This document shows, one piece after another, positions 21,522-33,237 of a stretch of 64,000 nucleotides of DNA (position 1 is the stretch's first letter; every line of letters begins with the position of its first letter). This stretch comes from Opitutales bacterium (GTDB lineage: Bacteria > Verrucomicrobiota > Verrucomicrobiia > Opitutales > UBA2987). Under the pieces are notes generated by a model. The model was given only the letters and a program-made list of their open reading frames with translations. It was not told where the DNA came from and did not search any database. The position numbers and the translations under genes are program-made. Location: the NCBI GenBank assembly GCA_965226885.1, contig CBDDEL010000017.1:608001-672000 (forward strand). Direction: 5' to 3'.

Positions 21522-23338
21522 GAGGCTGTCCCAAAAGGGTGATTTTTGCGAGGGCTTTTGATAGGCGCTCATTTTAGAGGTATTTGCATTTGGGAGAGTA
21601 TCAACTTTGCTCTCCTATGACGTTAGGATACTGGTTTTGGGGTCCGGTTGCCTGGTTTTCTTTGCATGAGCCGACAGTAAGGCTGTGAAAAAGTATTGTC
21701 CTTGCTTTTCCGCTCTCTAGGCCGCCGCTTTGGTTTTTAGTTCGTCTTGCTGGGCCAGCATCTTGGCTACTTTCCATAGGTTGTGCGAGAGTACCGACCA
21801 GGCTACGCTGATCGAGCGGTTGGCAAAGCCTTTGCTGCGCAACCGCCCGGCCTGCCAGCGATTCTTCAATACCCCGATCCGCCCTTCGGTGCTGGCCCGG
21901 CGCTTTTGCAATTGTCTGAACAGTGGTTCCTCCATCCGTTTTTTCAACTGCTTCGGATCGCGTGGACAGAGCGCGTCGTAGATTCCCTCCTGGGCTAACT
22001 GCCGGCGGGCCCGCTGGGAGGCAAATCCCCGGTCCGCGCACATGGCCGCTATGGGTTCTTCCAGGTTGAAGCGGTTCTGTCTTTGCAAACTCTCTTGCAT
22101 TTGTTCATTTTCGCTTGGAGTTCGGCTGCCGTAGAGTTTCCAGTCCAGCAGGTACCCTTCAACGCTTTCTCCCAAAAACAGGGTGTTGCCGAACTCGACC
22201 TCTTGGCCCGCTTTACCTCGCACAATCACCTGCCCATCGAGTTCGTAAACACTCAAGACTTTCTCTGCGTTTTTCACCTGGCGGCCGCCAATGATCCGCT
22301 CGTGCGCCTGTTTGATGACCACCGGGATTTGCTCGCTCATGCGCTCCATCCGGGCGAGGATCTGTTGGACCTGTTTTTCGCTGTAATCGCTTTGCTCCCA
22401 GCAGGCTTGCAATAATTCCCGGTGACTGCGGGCATGCTCCCCGATCCGTTTGAGCAGCTTTTTCATCTGCCTCAAGATACCCTTGCGCTGCCGCGCGCTG
22501 TCCTTTCGCCGCCGGCTGTGGGTCATCTGTATGCACAGCCGATTCATCTGCCGAGCCAAGGGCTCCGGTTCGATCGGCATGCGATGGCGCACACCGGCCT
22601 TCTCGCGGATCAGCCGGATCGCTTTGAGCAACGTGCCGGCTACATCCTTGAGTAATACCCAGTCCGTCGGCCAATGAATGTTAGCCTCCAAACAGGTGCC
22701 GTCGATCAGGCAAATGGTGGTGTCAATCGGCTTGTCCAATCCCACCTGCCGGGCCAGAAGGGCATCGGCCACCACCTCAGTCAAGGTCCGGTGCAAGGCC
22801 CTCAACTGCTCTTCGCTGAAAAACTTCGAGGCCCGCTCCAGGGTGCTTTTGGAGATGCCCCTGATGCCATCGATCTGCCGGACACGGCAAAAGTCGGCCA
22901 ACAGATCGCTGCTGCCCAGAGCCCGCGACAAATGCCGAAACGAAATCCCTCCGAGCAGACGGCCCAGCGTATCCATGCGCAGTGCCTTGATGGCAAAACT
23001 GGCCCGCTGCCGCCGGGCCTTTAGACCCATTGGCTGCCACCCCTCCAAGGCCAGCTCAATGGCCTGCGATTCCACCTCCGAGTCGATCAGCAGCCGATCG
23101 ATTCGATCAATGGTGGCGCGGAAGTTATCGTCATCGAGGCACCGGTCGACCACAGTTAAAGCTGGACGCAGGAGGCAATGGATGGCTATATTTTTCATAG
23201 AAAGGGCTATATTGATTTTCGCTAACTCAATTATAGAACCCTTTTTTGGCCGGATCGAGCAAAAACTTGCTCTTTCCGGCTCTTTTTATCAACGTCATCC
23301 AGTTGACTATAAAATCTTTATATTTTTGGGACAGCCTC
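21522..23338 (-). mobile_element. IS5/IS1182-like element, copy 2
   Basis: Same IRs as copy 1; TAACCTA duplicated at 21515-21521 and 23339-23345. Confidence 0.92.
21717..23198 (-). CDS. DDE transposase, IS5-like
   Basis: Near-identical to 4587-6068. Confidence 0.88.
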   Translation of the reverse strand: MKNIAIHCLLRPALTVVDRCLDDDNFRATIDRIDRLLIDSEVESQAIELALEGWQPMGLKARRQRASFAIKALRMDTLGRLLGGISFRHLSRALGSSDLLADFCRVRQIDGIRGISKSTLERASKFFSEEQLRALHRTLTEVVADALLARQVGLDKPIDTTICLIDGTCLEANIHWPTDWVLLKDVAGTLLKAIRLIREKAGVRHRMPIEPEPLARQMNRLCIQMTHSRRRKDSARQRKGILRQMKKLLKRIGEHARSHRELLQACWEQSDYSEKQVQQILARMERMSEQIPVVIKQAHERIIGGRQVKNAEKVLSVYELDGQVIVRGKAGQEVEFGNTLFLGESVEGYLLDWKLYGSRTPSENEQMQESLQRQNRFNLEEPIAAMCADRGFASQRARRQLAQEGIYDALCPRDPKQLKKRMEEPLFRQLQKRRASTEGRIGVLKNRWQAGRLRSKGFANRSISVAWSVLSHNLWKVAKMLAQQDELKTKAAA

Positions 23339-24633
23339 TAACCTATGGTCATGCCCCCGGCCGCGACAGCCTGCCAGGTATGAGCCCCGGTGCCCGGTGG
23401 CCAGGTGGCCGTACTAAAACCGGCTGTGGGAACGGCCCAACTGATATCGACGACATCGGTCGATCCCCGTTTGGCCTCCAAAACAAAGGGATGGACTTCT
23501 TCCTGTGAACCTAAATCGAGGTCCATGCCGGTAAGAGTTTTTCGAATTTCCAGGGCGAATTGCAGCTCCCTTTCATCATACTTGAGGCCTCCCGCCAGGC
23601 GGAGGTTTTTATCCACCACTTTAGCCAAAGTTTCATTGGGTAAAACGTTGTAATTGCCATGAATGACTTCGTAATCCATTTTCGTGCCGGTTCCCAGGGC
23701 GGCCCCCTCGGCGGCGGCCACCAGGCGATGCCAGAGCTGCTCTACCATGCGGGTTTGCGGGTGGCGCAGGTAATAAAAAACCTCCGCCAGTTCCGGGACG
23801 ATATTGGGCGCCTGGCCTCCTTTTGTGATCACATAGTGGATGCGGGTTTCCTCCGGAACATGCTCCCGCAGAAGGTTGGCCATGTAGTTCATGGCCTCAA
23901 CCCCATCCAGGGCGGAACGTCCTTTATGCGGCGCGGCTGCCGCATGGGACGGTTTGCCGTAAAAACGAAATTTGGCCGATTTGTTGGCGTTGGTGGAGGC
24001 AGGGCCGGCGAAATTACGATCTCCCGGATGCCAGTGCAGGACCACATCCACATCGTCGAAAAGTCCTGCCCGCACCATATAGACTTTTCCCGAACCGCCC
24101 TCCTCGGCGGGAGTTCCATAGAGCCGAATGGAGCCCTCGGCGCCGGATTGCTCTAACCATTCCCGGATGGCGATGGCTGCGGCGGTGGAACCGCTGCCAA
24201 ATAGGTGATGGCCGCAGGCATGCCCAGCGCCGTCTTCGAGCAACGGTTTTCGCACCGGGACGCTGTCCTGGGACAAGCCGGGCAAAGCATCGTATTCGGC
24301 TAAAATGCCGATAACCGGTTTGCCGCTGCCGTAACCGGCCACAAACGCGGTGGGAATTCCGGCCACTCCAGATTCTATGGTAAACCCGGCCCGCGTAAGA
24401 TGATTTTTTAGCAATTGAGAGCTTTTCTCTTCCTGGTAACCCATTTCCGCCAATTGCCAGATCTCTTTAGCCAGACTGGAATATTCTACATAACGCTCGT
24501 CAATGGATCGAAAGACGGCCTCCTTGTCTGTTCCTGCGGTGAGCGATGATTCCGGGCATAGCCCGAACGTGAGCGTAAAAATAGCTAACGTTTTGAATGC
24601 ATTACAATCTTTTAAGTTCATCTTTAACCTTAA

Positions 24634-26268
24634 TTAAAAACCGACGCCATTCTTTTTTGTTCCGCAAAGAGATACTTCGAGTCCCAACTCTGTGGCCAGG
24701 GAGGCTTTTGTATAGAGGCAGAGGTCCGCTTCAGCCTCGCTTTTGGCATAGGCGACCTGGAGGTGATTGGCTTTGTGGCGGGCCATCATTTGATCGCGAC
24801 TGACCCCGTAGGTGACGGCATGCATGATGGGCCATTGGGGGGTGGTGCTTTGCAAACGGCGCTCCGGTTCCTTTTTCGGCAGCCGTACCACCTTGGCCCG
24901 TCCGAGGTCCATTTTCAGTTTGCCCGACTCCACGAAAATGCGGCTCCAAACGATTTCTCCGGGCTTGGCCACACCCTGCAGGGTGGAGCCGCCCAAACGG
25001 AAATACATGGGAGGCTGGCGGTAGCCATGACTGCCCTTGTAGCCGCCGATATGGTGAGCGGCGGGGGCCGCCCCGCTGATCAATAAAACCCACACATATT
25101 CATCCGTTGAACCGCTTTGGTCCCAATCGCCCCAACGCAAATCGTGCAAGGTGTTTTCCGGCGGTTGCTTCAGGACGGTGTGGACGCGCTGGGTCAGGAT
25201 GCCGTCGAGCCCGGCGCATTCATCGACCTCGTTAAAATGGGTGAAAGGCTTCCCGCGTTTGATTACATCTCCCTTTGCATTGCGGACTGGGGGCCTTTGT
25301 GAATTGTTAAGCAATCCCTCGGCCAGGTCAGAAGCCGGAGTAAGGTCTTTTAGTCCTTGCTGGTATTGAATACCGACCGCGTCGCAACCGAATTCATCCC
25401 CGATGCGGCAGGCTGCGATATACATTTTGCACTGGGCGAGCACCTGTTGTTTGGTCAGGCTGGTTTTCTCGCTCTTTCCGAAGTGAAAATTGAACCCCTT
25501 TTTTACCAGCCAATTGTAAACCTCGTTGGCTTCTTTTTGGGTGACTTTATTCATTTCCGAATAAAGCGCGCTCTGGCTGAAGCGCTCCTTGTAAACTCCG
25601 GTCGAAAAAAGCAATTCATCGGGAATGATCGCGTTAAACATGCCCATGCAACCCTCGTCGAATACTCCCATTATCGCTTTATGCTTTTGCAATTCCCTGG
25701 CCAGCGATTGGGCCGTCCGTTTGGCGGAGGCCGGTACCTTGCATCGAGACAAGGGTTTTACGTGATCGGTTTTATGCCTGAAACTCCCCCGGGCGAGCCA
25801 GCCTTGGAGGCATTTTTTAAACAGATCGTCGTTAAAATCCTCGCTCCAGGTGGTGGTGTATTTGACGCCTGCTTTAGTCAGAGAGCCATTCAGGTTTAAC
25901 ATTCCCACCAATCCCGGCCAGGTACCCGACCAGTTGGCCAGGGTTAGGATGGGCCCTTGGTGGGAAATCAAACCGGCTAAAACATGATGGCTGTATTGCC
26001 AGACTGCCTCTGCCACAATCAAAGGTGTTTTACGGTTAATTTTGGCAAAAATTTCCATGCCCTCCTTCTGGCTGCCGATAAAGCCGTGCTTTTCACTCTC
26101 CTTATAGGGATGGGCGCGTTTAAGTCGGTAGCCCATTCCTTTGATCGCCTCGCCCAAACGCTTTTCCATTTTTGCCTGTTCCGGCCAGCATTGTTGGTTG
26201 GCGCTCAACCGCAAGTCGCCACTGGATACTAAAAGGATTGTTTTATTTTTTCTCATAACATCATTCAA
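24634..26268 (-). CDS. L-fucose/D-arabinose isomerase-like protein
   Basis: [45 protein letters not shown]; downstream of a pentulose kinase. Confidence 0.75.
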   Translation of the reverse strand: MNDVMRKNKTILLVSSGDLRLSANQQCWPEQAKMEKRLGEAIKGMGYRLKRAHPYKESEKHGFIGSQKEGMEIFAKINRKTPLIVAEAVWQYSHHVLAGLISHQGPILTLANWSGTWPGLVGMLNLNGSLTKAGVKYTTTWSEDFNDDLFKKCLQGWLARGSFRHKTDHVKPLSRCKVPASAKRTAQSLARELQKHKAIMGVFDEGCMGMFNAIIPDELLFSTGVYKERFSQSALYSEMNKVTQKEANEVYNWLVKKGFNFHFGKSEKTSLTKQQVLAQCKMYIAACRIGDEFGCDAVGIQYQQGLKDLTPASDLAEGLLNNSQRPPVRNAKGDVIKRGKPFTHFNEVDECAGLDGILTQRVHTVLKQPPENTLHDLRWGDWDQSGSTDEYVWVLLISGAAPAAHHIGGYKGSHGYRQPPMYFRLGGSTLQGVAKPGEIVWSRIFVESGKLKMDLGRAKVVRLPKKEPERRLQSTTPQWPIMHAVTYGVSRDQMMARHKANHLQVAYAKSEAEADLCLYTKASLATELGLEVSLCGTKKNGVGF

Positions 26269-26305
26269 TTTTTGTTTCGTTTTAATATATCGGGAAATTT
26301 CGTCT

Positions 26306-27958
26306 CTATTCTGAAGCCATCAAGCTTTTGTAATCTATTTGATGTTCGTACATTTTATGAAATACGGAGTATTTTTTGTCGTGATATTCCTTTGTCGGAC
26401 CGGGGGTTGGCTTTATGATTTGACGGGCAGATGTCATCGCAGTCATGGCTTCCGATACGCTTTCAAAATTACCCGATGCCACCGACCCTAGAATGGCCGA
26501 CCCTATGAGGACGGCCTCCGGCTCGGCGGTTAATATGATCCGGCAACCCGTTATGTCGGCATGTTCTCGCAGAAATACCGGATTCTTGGTGCCACCCCCG
26601 CAGGCAAAAATAGAGTCGATGGCATAGCCCTTGGCATTCATCTCCGACAGAATGTGGCGCGTACCGTAGGCGATGGCCTGAATGGTGGCCAGATACAGCA
26701 ACGCGAGATCATCCAGGCTGGCCGTTAGCCGCAATCCCGACACCATTCCGCGCAAGGAGGGATTCGCTCTGGGGGAGCGGTTTCCGTGGAAATAAGGACA
26801 AACGTGCAATTCTTCGGTGAGAGCTGCCGGGTGCGGTTTGTCCGCCGACAGCTCCTCCAACCGCCTATTTAGAAATTCGTAAGAAGTTAAATTTTTTTCC
26901 TTGGACAAACGTTCCAATTCACCGCTGGCCCCATGATTTTGGATGATGTGATCAATCAAAGCCCCTGTGGCCGATTGGCCTCCTTCCGCCAGCCAGTAAT
27001 CGGGGATCATGGCCGAATAATAGGGGCCCCAGACTCCGGGTATGAGGCGCGATTGGCCAGACACCGCCATATGGCAGGAAGAGGTGCCGCCAATCAGGGC
27101 CAGGCGTTTGTTATAATCAACCGGTTCTTCGTTCAGGGCGGCGCCCAGCATTCCTATACCGCCGGCATGCGCGTCGATAATGGAAACTCCCACCGGTGTG
27201 CCGGGGTTCAGGCCCAGGTCGATCGCCGCCTGTTTAGTCAAACCATCGCCGACCGGTTCTCCCATGGCCCGCACCTTATTGCCGATCCGGGCGTACCCCT
27301 CTTCGACTAAATCGCCCAGGCCGATGAGTTGAAAATAAGAGTCGTCCCACCCGGTAAGAGCCTTACCCGATGAATCGCGTTTCAAATAGGTCCATTTGCA
27401 AACGGTTGAACAGAGCGAACGGGTATTGTCGCCGGTCGCCCGATAAGTGAGGTAATCGGGCAAATCGAAAAATTGGGCTGTCCTTTGCCACGATTCGGGC
27501 ATGCTTTCCTTCAGCCAAAGAAGTTTCGGAGTTTCCATTTCGGGAGAAATAGTTCCGCCCACATAATCCAGCACCGGGTGCTTGGTCGTGTTGATTCTTT
27601 CGGCCTGTTCAATGGCCCGATGATCCATCCAAACGATGATATTCTGGCCGTCTTTGCCGGAAGGGCTAATAGTCACTGGGCCGTCATTTTCATCAACGGC
27701 CACGAGGGAGCAGGTGGCGTCGAATCCGATCCCTTTGACTCGATTTTTTTCGACACCTGAATCCTGCAAAATGCTCCGGACGCATTGGCATACGACCGCC
27801 CAAATATCGTCGGAGGACTGCTCCGCATAATCAGCCTGCGGAGTCCACATTTTGATAGCTTTAACCGCGGTGGCCAGGCATTTGCCATTGCTGTCGAAGA
27901 TGCCGGCCCGAGCGCTTCCGGTGCCAACATCTATTCCTATGAAATAATCCATAATCAA
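26306..27958 (-). CDS. FGGY-family carbohydrate kinase (D-ribulokinase-like)
   Basis: [56 protein letters not shown]. Confidence 0.92.
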   Translation of the reverse strand: MIMDYFIGIDVGTGSARAGIFDSNGKCLATAVKAIKMWTPQADYAEQSSDDIWAVVCQCVRSILQDSGVEKNRVKGIGFDATCSLVAVDENDGPVTISPSGKDGQNIIVWMDHRAIEQAERINTTKHPVLDYVGGTISPEMETPKLLWLKESMPESWQRTAQFFDLPDYLTYRATGDNTRSLCSTVCKWTYLKRDSSGKALTGWDDSYFQLIGLGDLVEEGYARIGNKVRAMGEPVGDGLTKQAAIDLGLNPGTPVGVSIIDAHAGGIGMLGAALNEEPVDYNKRLALIGGTSSCHMAVSGQSRLIPGVWGPYYSAMIPDYWLAEGGQSATGALIDHIIQNHGASGELERLSKEKNLTSYEFLNRRLEELSADKPHPAALTEELHVCPYFHGNRSPRANPSLRGMVSGLRLTASLDDLALLYLATIQAIAYGTRHILSEMNAKGYAIDSIFACGGGTKNPVFLREHADITGCRIILTAEPEAVLIGSAILGSVASGNFESVSEAMTAMTSARQIIKPTPGPTKEYHDKKYSVFHKMYEHQIDYKSLMASE

Positions 27959-28056
27959 TTTCCTGATTCGTTGATTTTTTTTAATGAGTTATCCTTTTAT
28001 CACTTGTTTGACAAGGCAGACTTCGCAACCTAACCCCCGAACCTGTTGGAATTCCA

Positions 28057-28858
28057 GGTAGTGTATAAAAAAAGAATGTTATTTTGTATTTTTAGCTGTA
28101 CAAATAGCGTTAGGCAGTTTATTCTTAGTGCATGGTTACTAAAATTATTAATTGTCGGCACTGTGGAAGTGAAAATATCATTAAATTTGGCAAGACGCCC
28201 AACCATAAACAGCGCTACCGCTGCCATGATTGTGGTAAACAAAGCCGCGAAAACCCCACAGTGAAATGCACCGAAGAGCAAAAAGAAATGATCCTTCGAG
28301 TCTATCAGGAACGCAGCAGTCTACGCGGTTTACAGCGCGCCTTCGGGGTGAGTCCCAACACCGTTTTGAGTTGGTTAAAAAAAACGACAATCGCTGCGAC
28401 CGCTCAAAAGCACGATTCTTGCGGCCCGCCGCCATGATGTCATTGAACTGGACGAACTGTGGTCTTTTGTGGGGCGCAAGAGCGATGCCCAATGGGTTTG
28501 GATCGCTCTTTGCCGACGCACCCGTCAAATCCTCTCCTATGCCATTGGGCCTCGGGATTGGTATCGTTGCCGGGAACTTTACGAGCGTCTGCCACGGGCC
28601 TACAAAAGATGTGCCACCTACAGCGACTTTTGGAGCACTTATGATGAAGTCTTTCCTCATAACCGATCCGTGGGAAAAGAAACCGGTGAAACGGCCCATG
28701 TGGAACGATGGAACAATACCCTGCGCCAACGACTGGGTCGTTTCACACGCAAAACCCTCTCCTTTTCCAAGCTTAAGAGTATGCATGAAACCTGTCTGAG
28801 ACTTTTCATTCATCAATATAATCAAGAATTAGCCACCATTCCTACTTAATACACTACC
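28057..28858 (+). mobile_element. IS1-family element, copy 1 (802 bp)
   Basis: IRs GGTAGTGTAT / ATACACTACC; 8-bp TSD GAATTCCA. Confidence 0.95.
28132..28849 (+). CDS. IS1 transposase InsA/InsB (two frames joined at an A8 run)
   Basis: CRHC/CHDC zinc finger and HTH, then [27 protein letters not shown]. Confidence 0.88.
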
Positions 28859-28866
28859 GAATTCCA

Positions 28867-28995
28867 TTGTTGGCTTTCATTTGCTTTAATGGGGCATTTA
28901 AATTTTATCCCATATTATCCATTTCATCATAAGACTATATGCTTGATATAATGGCTATATTCGATGTTTATGAATGTTCATTTGGGAAATCTAGG
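28867..28995 (+). mobile_element. Right-end remnant of an older IS1380-type element
   Basis: ATGAATGTTCATTTGGGAAATCTAGG nearly identical to the end of the remnant at 47731-47756. Confidence 0.5.
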
Positions 28996-29974
28996 TCAAA
29001 ACTCAACCGGTCGTTACCGACAGGCCGTTCGCAAGATTCGCAACTGGCTCATTGGCCATTACCTTCCCGACGGCAGTTCGACGATCGATCCGGACGACCT
29101 TCGTTATTATTACAAGCTTTCTTATTTGTGTGCCATGACCGGTTTACCCACCCTTGGCGGGAGGGTCGCCCGCCAGGTGATGCGCCGATTTCTGCAGCCG
29201 GATGGTTCCGTCGTTCCCAAATATGAGGAGAGCCCGTGGATGCTAAACTACGGGATGGGGTGGCTTGCTCTCGGCGCTTGCGCGGTGGAACGTTTTGACC
29301 TGGCCGAGGCATTGACTACTCATCTGCAAGGCGCGACCGACCTAGAAGCCGGAGGCGTATTTTTGGAAGAGGATGCAGGGGCCGGGGCCGTTTCCGATAT
29401 CAGCTGCTCCAGCAGCTTAGCCATGGCGTTTGCCGCAACCGGTCGAATCGCCGCCGGGGCCGCGTTGGCGAACCGATTCATACTTCAACTTTCCGGGCAG
29501 CCCGATCCACGTCGATTTTACAATCGCTACCGTAAAGACGGATCCGTTATCATCTCATCCACTTCCGGTCCATGGAATCAAATTTACGATTTGAGCGAGT
29601 ATGAAGCCGGGCCCGCGGGCTACGCCACGGTCGTCAATGCGCTTGTCTGGATAGGGCGCCGCACTGGAAACCCTCGCTATGTCGAGTCCGCCCGGAGGTA
29701 CGTGGACTTCGTTTACTCGCATGACCGGAATCCCGCCCATTTCGGACGGACTACCAAATTCGGTTGGGCGATGCTCAATTTATACGACGACACCGCCGAT
29801 ACCGACCTATTGAGGCGAGCCCGCGAAATCGCGGATGTGCTGGTCGATCTTCAAGAAGAAGACGGTCTCTGGTCTCCCCGCCCCGACGTGGCCTCCGATG
29901 TGCCTTTGCATGCCCGCCTTTCTTATTCGTCGGAGTTCGCGATGACAGTTTGCGCATGCGCACGGTTGCCGTAG
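28964..29974 (+). CDS. Hypothetical alpha/alpha-barrel-like protein; native 5' end probably lost
   Basis: 336-aa ORF with QxxDGxW-like repeats (LQPDGS, LQEEDGLW); first ~11 codons fall in the IS remnant. Confidence 0.55.
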   Translation: MFMNVHLGNLGQNSTGRYRQAVRKIRNWLIGHYLPDGSSTIDPDDLRYYYKLSYLCAMTGLPTLGGRVARQVMRRFLQPDGSVVPKYEESPWMLNYGMGWLALGACAVERFDLAEALTTHLQGATDLEAGGVFLEEDAGAGAVSDISCSSSLAMAFAATGRIAAGAALANRFILQLSGQPDPRRFYNRYRKDGSVIISSTSGPWNQIYDLSEYEAGPAGYATVVNALVWIGRRTGNPRYVESARRYVDFVYSHDRNPAHFGRTTKFGWAMLNLYDDTADTDLLRRAREIADVLVDLQEEDGLWSPRPDVASDVPLHARLSYSSEFAMTVCACARLP

Positions 29975-30132
29975 GACACAAAAGGGGTCAATGCTTGATG
30001 CGGATCGCAGCGGTCCAGTTGTTCAATCTTACGATACAATCTGGAGATCGGTATAGAGCGGAAACCGGCAAAAGAATTTTAATCTAAACAAAAAATATTT
30101 TTGACCAATATGAATCCGGCATCCTTTAATTA

Positions 30133-31629
30133 ATGGCACAATCAATGCATGGTTTGGACCTGGCGGTGCTGGTGGTTTATTTTTCTGCTATATTGGCCAC
30201 CGGGATTTATTTTTGGCGTAGGTCCCGGACGGTTGACACTTTCACGGCCGCCGGTCGTTCTTTGCCGGGTTGGGTATGTGGTTTGTCTATTTTGGCCACT
30301 TATGTCAGCAGTATCAGTTTTCTCGCCTTGCCGGGCAAGGCCTACGCTTCAAACTGGAATCCGTTTGCATTCAGCCTATCTTTGCCCCTGGCAACCTGGA
30401 TCGCCGTAAAATACTTTGTTCCTTATTATAAGGAAAGCGGTGATATTTCCGCTTATAGCCATCTAGAGCGTCGGTTTGGAACCTGGGCCAGGGTCTATGC
30501 CGGAATTTGTTATTTGCTAACCCAGTTTGCCAGAATGGGAGCGGTTCTCTACCTCATGGCGCTGCCCATGAGTTTGCTGCTCGGTTGGGATATCCGGTGG
30601 ATCATTCTGATTACGGGCGCAGCCGTTATTGTTTACACTTTCATGGGCGGCATAATCGCGGTGATTTGGACCGATGCGATCCAATGCCTTATTCTCATGG
30701 CTGGAGCATTTCTGTGTGCTGTTCTTGTCTTTTTCAGCATGCCGGACGGCCCCGGCCAATTATTTTCCATCGCTAGTGCGAATCATAAATTCAGTTTGGG
30801 CAGTTTCGGCTCGAGCCTGGCGGAACCTACTTTTTGGGTCGTGCTTTTTTACGGGATGATCATCAATTTGCAAAATTTCGGAATCGACCAAAGTTATGTA
30901 CAGCGATACGTTGCCTCCAGTTCCGTCAATCAGGCCCGCAAGGGCCTTTGGTTGGGCGGGCTGCTCTACCTGCCTCTCTCTGCCGGTTTTTTCTTTATCG
31001 GGACTGGCCTCTTCGCTTTTTACCAGAGCCAACCGGAATTGCTTCCCGAGCCACTGCACGATGCAGCCAAAGCCGACTCCGTTTTTCCCCATTTTATCGT
31101 CACTGAACTGCCCAACGGTCTTAGCGGGTTATTGATTGCCGCTATTTTTGCCGCCGCCATGAGTTCTCTCTCCACCAGTTTAAACTCTTCAGCCACACTT
31201 ATACTAAGTGATTTTTACAAAAGATTTTTCCGCAAAAACGCTTCTGAAAGTGAATCCATGAGGGTGCTCCTGGTGGCAACGGTGGTTTGGGGAGGGTTGG
31301 GAACCGCCCTGGCATTGGCCATGATCCACGTTCAGAGCGCCCTCGACGCCTGTTGGATGCTCTCAGGTATTTTTAGCGGTGGCATGCTAGGCCTGTTTCT
31401 TCTCGGCATGATTTCCCGAAAAGCGGGCAATCCGGCCGCTTGCGCCGGCGTTATCTGCGGGGTTCTGGTCATCGCCTGGATGACATTTTCTCGTCGCTTG
31501 AGTGGATCCCTGGAATATTTGCGAAGTCCTTTCCATAGTTTTTTAATAACGGTATTTGGAACGATTGCCATACTCCTGGTCGGGTTGTTTATCACGAAAT
31601 TTGTTAAAAACGGAACCGTAAAATCGTAA
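30133..31629 (+). CDS. Sodium:solute symporter (SSS)
   Basis: [53 protein letters not shown]; many TM helices. Confidence 0.93.
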   Translation: MAQSMHGLDLAVLVVYFSAILATGIYFWRRSRTVDTFTAAGRSLPGWVCGLSILATYVSSISFLALPGKAYASNWNPFAFSLSLPLATWIAVKYFVPYYKESGDISAYSHLERRFGTWARVYAGICYLLTQFARMGAVLYLMALPMSLLLGWDIRWIILITGAAVIVYTFMGGIIAVIWTDAIQCLILMAGAFLCAVLVFFSMPDGPGQLFSIASANHKFSLGSFGSSLAEPTFWVVLFYGMIINLQNFGIDQSYVQRYVASSSVNQARKGLWLGGLLYLPLSAGFFFIGTGLFAFYQSQPELLPEPLHDAAKADSVFPHFIVTELPNGLSGLLIAAIFAAAMSSLSTSLNSSATLILSDFYKRFFRKNASESESMRVLLVATVVWGGLGTALALAMIHVQSALDACWMLSGIFSGGMLGLFLLGMISRKAGNPAACAGVICGVLVIAWMTFSRRLSGSLEYLRSPFHSFLITVFGTIAILLVGLFITKFVKNGTVKS

Positions 31630-31677
31630 TCCTAACGTGTGATATTCTCCCCAATTCTCCTCAATCATCAGGAGCAA

Positions 31678-32517
31678 TCAAACACCTTGTCCTATCAATC
31701 GCTGCCTTTTTTTAACCTGGAAAAAGGCGGCTACGGCCAAGACCAGGATCAGCAGGATGATTCCCCATTCGGTCAAGGTGGGGATTTCTTCGGTCGGTAT
31801 GGTTTGGATGAGAATATTATCGAATTCGGCACCAATTAGCCCCGAAAAGTTGCGATAGTCGACCAACGCCGTCACGAAGGTAAGGCTCGCTATCTGTGCA
31901 GCGGAGATGGAAAACTTGCTGGTCGTAAATGTTCCCGAGCCAGTTGTTAAGACACCCCAAGTTTTCTCTGTAACCGGATCGATCCAGATTTCAGCGGCGA
32001 CAATCTCATTAAAGCCACCAATCGTGGCCATAGCAAACTCCTCATTGCCTCCGGGGGTTGTGAAGATCCATTGAGGGGGGCTTTCGATTTGCCAATTCAC
32101 CCCAGTAGTAAGTCCCGCGCTGTGCAGTCCAACCGAGGTATTGTGAGCCGTAGGTCCGCCGGACTGAGCGTATGCATCGAATGTCAGGACGCTCTTTTCT
32201 GTGTCGCTGAGCGTGGCCGGCAGGTTATTGGAAACCCGGCCCAAAGAGGCGGGCTCGATTGGGATTCCTCTGGCATCAAAGGTACCATCGAGGACCTGGG
32301 TAGGTAGTCCCGTGCCGTTGCGCACATTTATCGGTTCGGTGAGCGTGTCCGGATGAAACCACCCGCCCTGACCGGTGATATCCGTTCCCGCAGTGTAGCT
32401 TTCAAAATTTTCAGAAAAGACAATAGCCGCTTCCGCGGTGAGCGATGTTGATAATATCGAACAGCTTAACAAACAGACGCATATACGCGCAACGGGATTC
32501 CAGAAGCGATGGATCAT
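31678..32517 (-). CDS. Exported protein with IPTL-CTERM sorting domain
   Basis: Signal peptide (..TAEA|AIVFSENFE); C-terminal IPTLTEWG + TM helix + KKRQR. Confidence 0.85.
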   Translation of the reverse strand: MIHRFWNPVARICVCLLSCSILSTSLTAEAAIVFSENFESYTAGTDITGQGGWFHPDTLTEPINVRNGTGLPTQVLDGTFDARGIPIEPASLGRVSNNLPATLSDTEKSVLTFDAYAQSGGPTAHNTSVGLHSAGLTTGVNWQIESPPQWIFTTPGGNEEFAMATIGGFNEIVAAEIWIDPVTEKTWGVLTTGSGTFTTSKFSISAAQIASLTFVTALVDYRNFSGLIGAEFDNILIQTIPTEEIPTLTEWGIILLILVLAVAAFFQVKKRQRLIGQGV

Positions 32518-32520
32518 GGT

Positions 32521-32886
32521 TGATCGGACCCCATCTTTGCTACCACTTTAAGTGAGAGTCTTTCCGTAGGTTTGGTATTGTAGGTTTTGCAGCGGGTGGC
32601 GGAATGAGGCCGTAGGCCGAATGGAGCCAGCCGCTGCTTTGTTGATTGTTCGCCAGAGTCTGGCAAATGTATTTGGGGAGAGAAAGCCTAATCGGCTGTG
32701 GGGGTGTTTCGCGTTGTATTTGTGTCGCCATTGTTCGACCACCACACGCGCTTCGGTCACGCTCAGGAACAGTTCCTGATTAAGGGCATTCATCGCGCAA
32801 ACGATTATGAAAGGATTCTATATGTCCATTCTGCCAAGGGCTTCCTGGATCAATGTATGCAATGGCAATTTCCTGCCGCTGCAGTT
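32521..32886 (-). mobile_element. Remnant of a different IS3-family element (OrfB C-terminus + right end), frameshifted
   Basis: YIDPGSPWQNGHIESFHNRLRDEC / LNQELFLSVTEARVVVEQWRHKYNAKHPHSRLG; end ...GGTCCGATCA. Confidence 0.8.
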
Positions 32887-32925
32887 TGATGTGCACTGGA
32901 AAAAGTGGACACGAGATTCTCCTAA

Positions 32926-33237
32926 ATGGAGAATCGAAGCATGGGAAGAAGACGCTTTAGTATAGAGTTCAAAAATGAGGCAGTTCAACTGATGATACTC
33001 GATGGTCTGAGCGCCACCGAGGTATCGACCAAACTTGGGGTCAACACCAACCAATTGTATAGGTGGAAGAGGCTCTATCTGGACGATCAGCAGGGCGAAG
33101 CCACCTCAAAGCGACAGAGCAGTCCGAAGGAGATGGCGGCCGAGATAGATCGTCTTCGCAAAGAGCTGCGCCGCTCGGAGCGGATCAACCAGATACTAAA
33201 AAAAACGGTGGGCTACTTTGCCAAGGACGAACAATGA
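32926..33237 (+). CDS. IS3 OrfA
   Basis: Near-identical to 3988-4299. Confidence 0.9.
   Translation: MENRSMGRRRFSIEFKNEAVQLMILDGLSATEVSTKLGVNTNQLYRWKRLYLDDQQGEATSKRQSSPKEMAAEIDRLRKELRRSERINQILKKTVGYFAKDEQ

Larger units (their letters stand above)
21343..24621 (-). pseudogene. M20D amidohydrolase (AbgB-like, signal peptide), IS-interrupted near the C-terminus
   Basis: AEYDALPGL, GHACGHH, GTPAEEGG, GRSALD; ...GGMTIG joins YKGMMQAAK...PPLDYRR across the IS. Confidence 0.9.
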
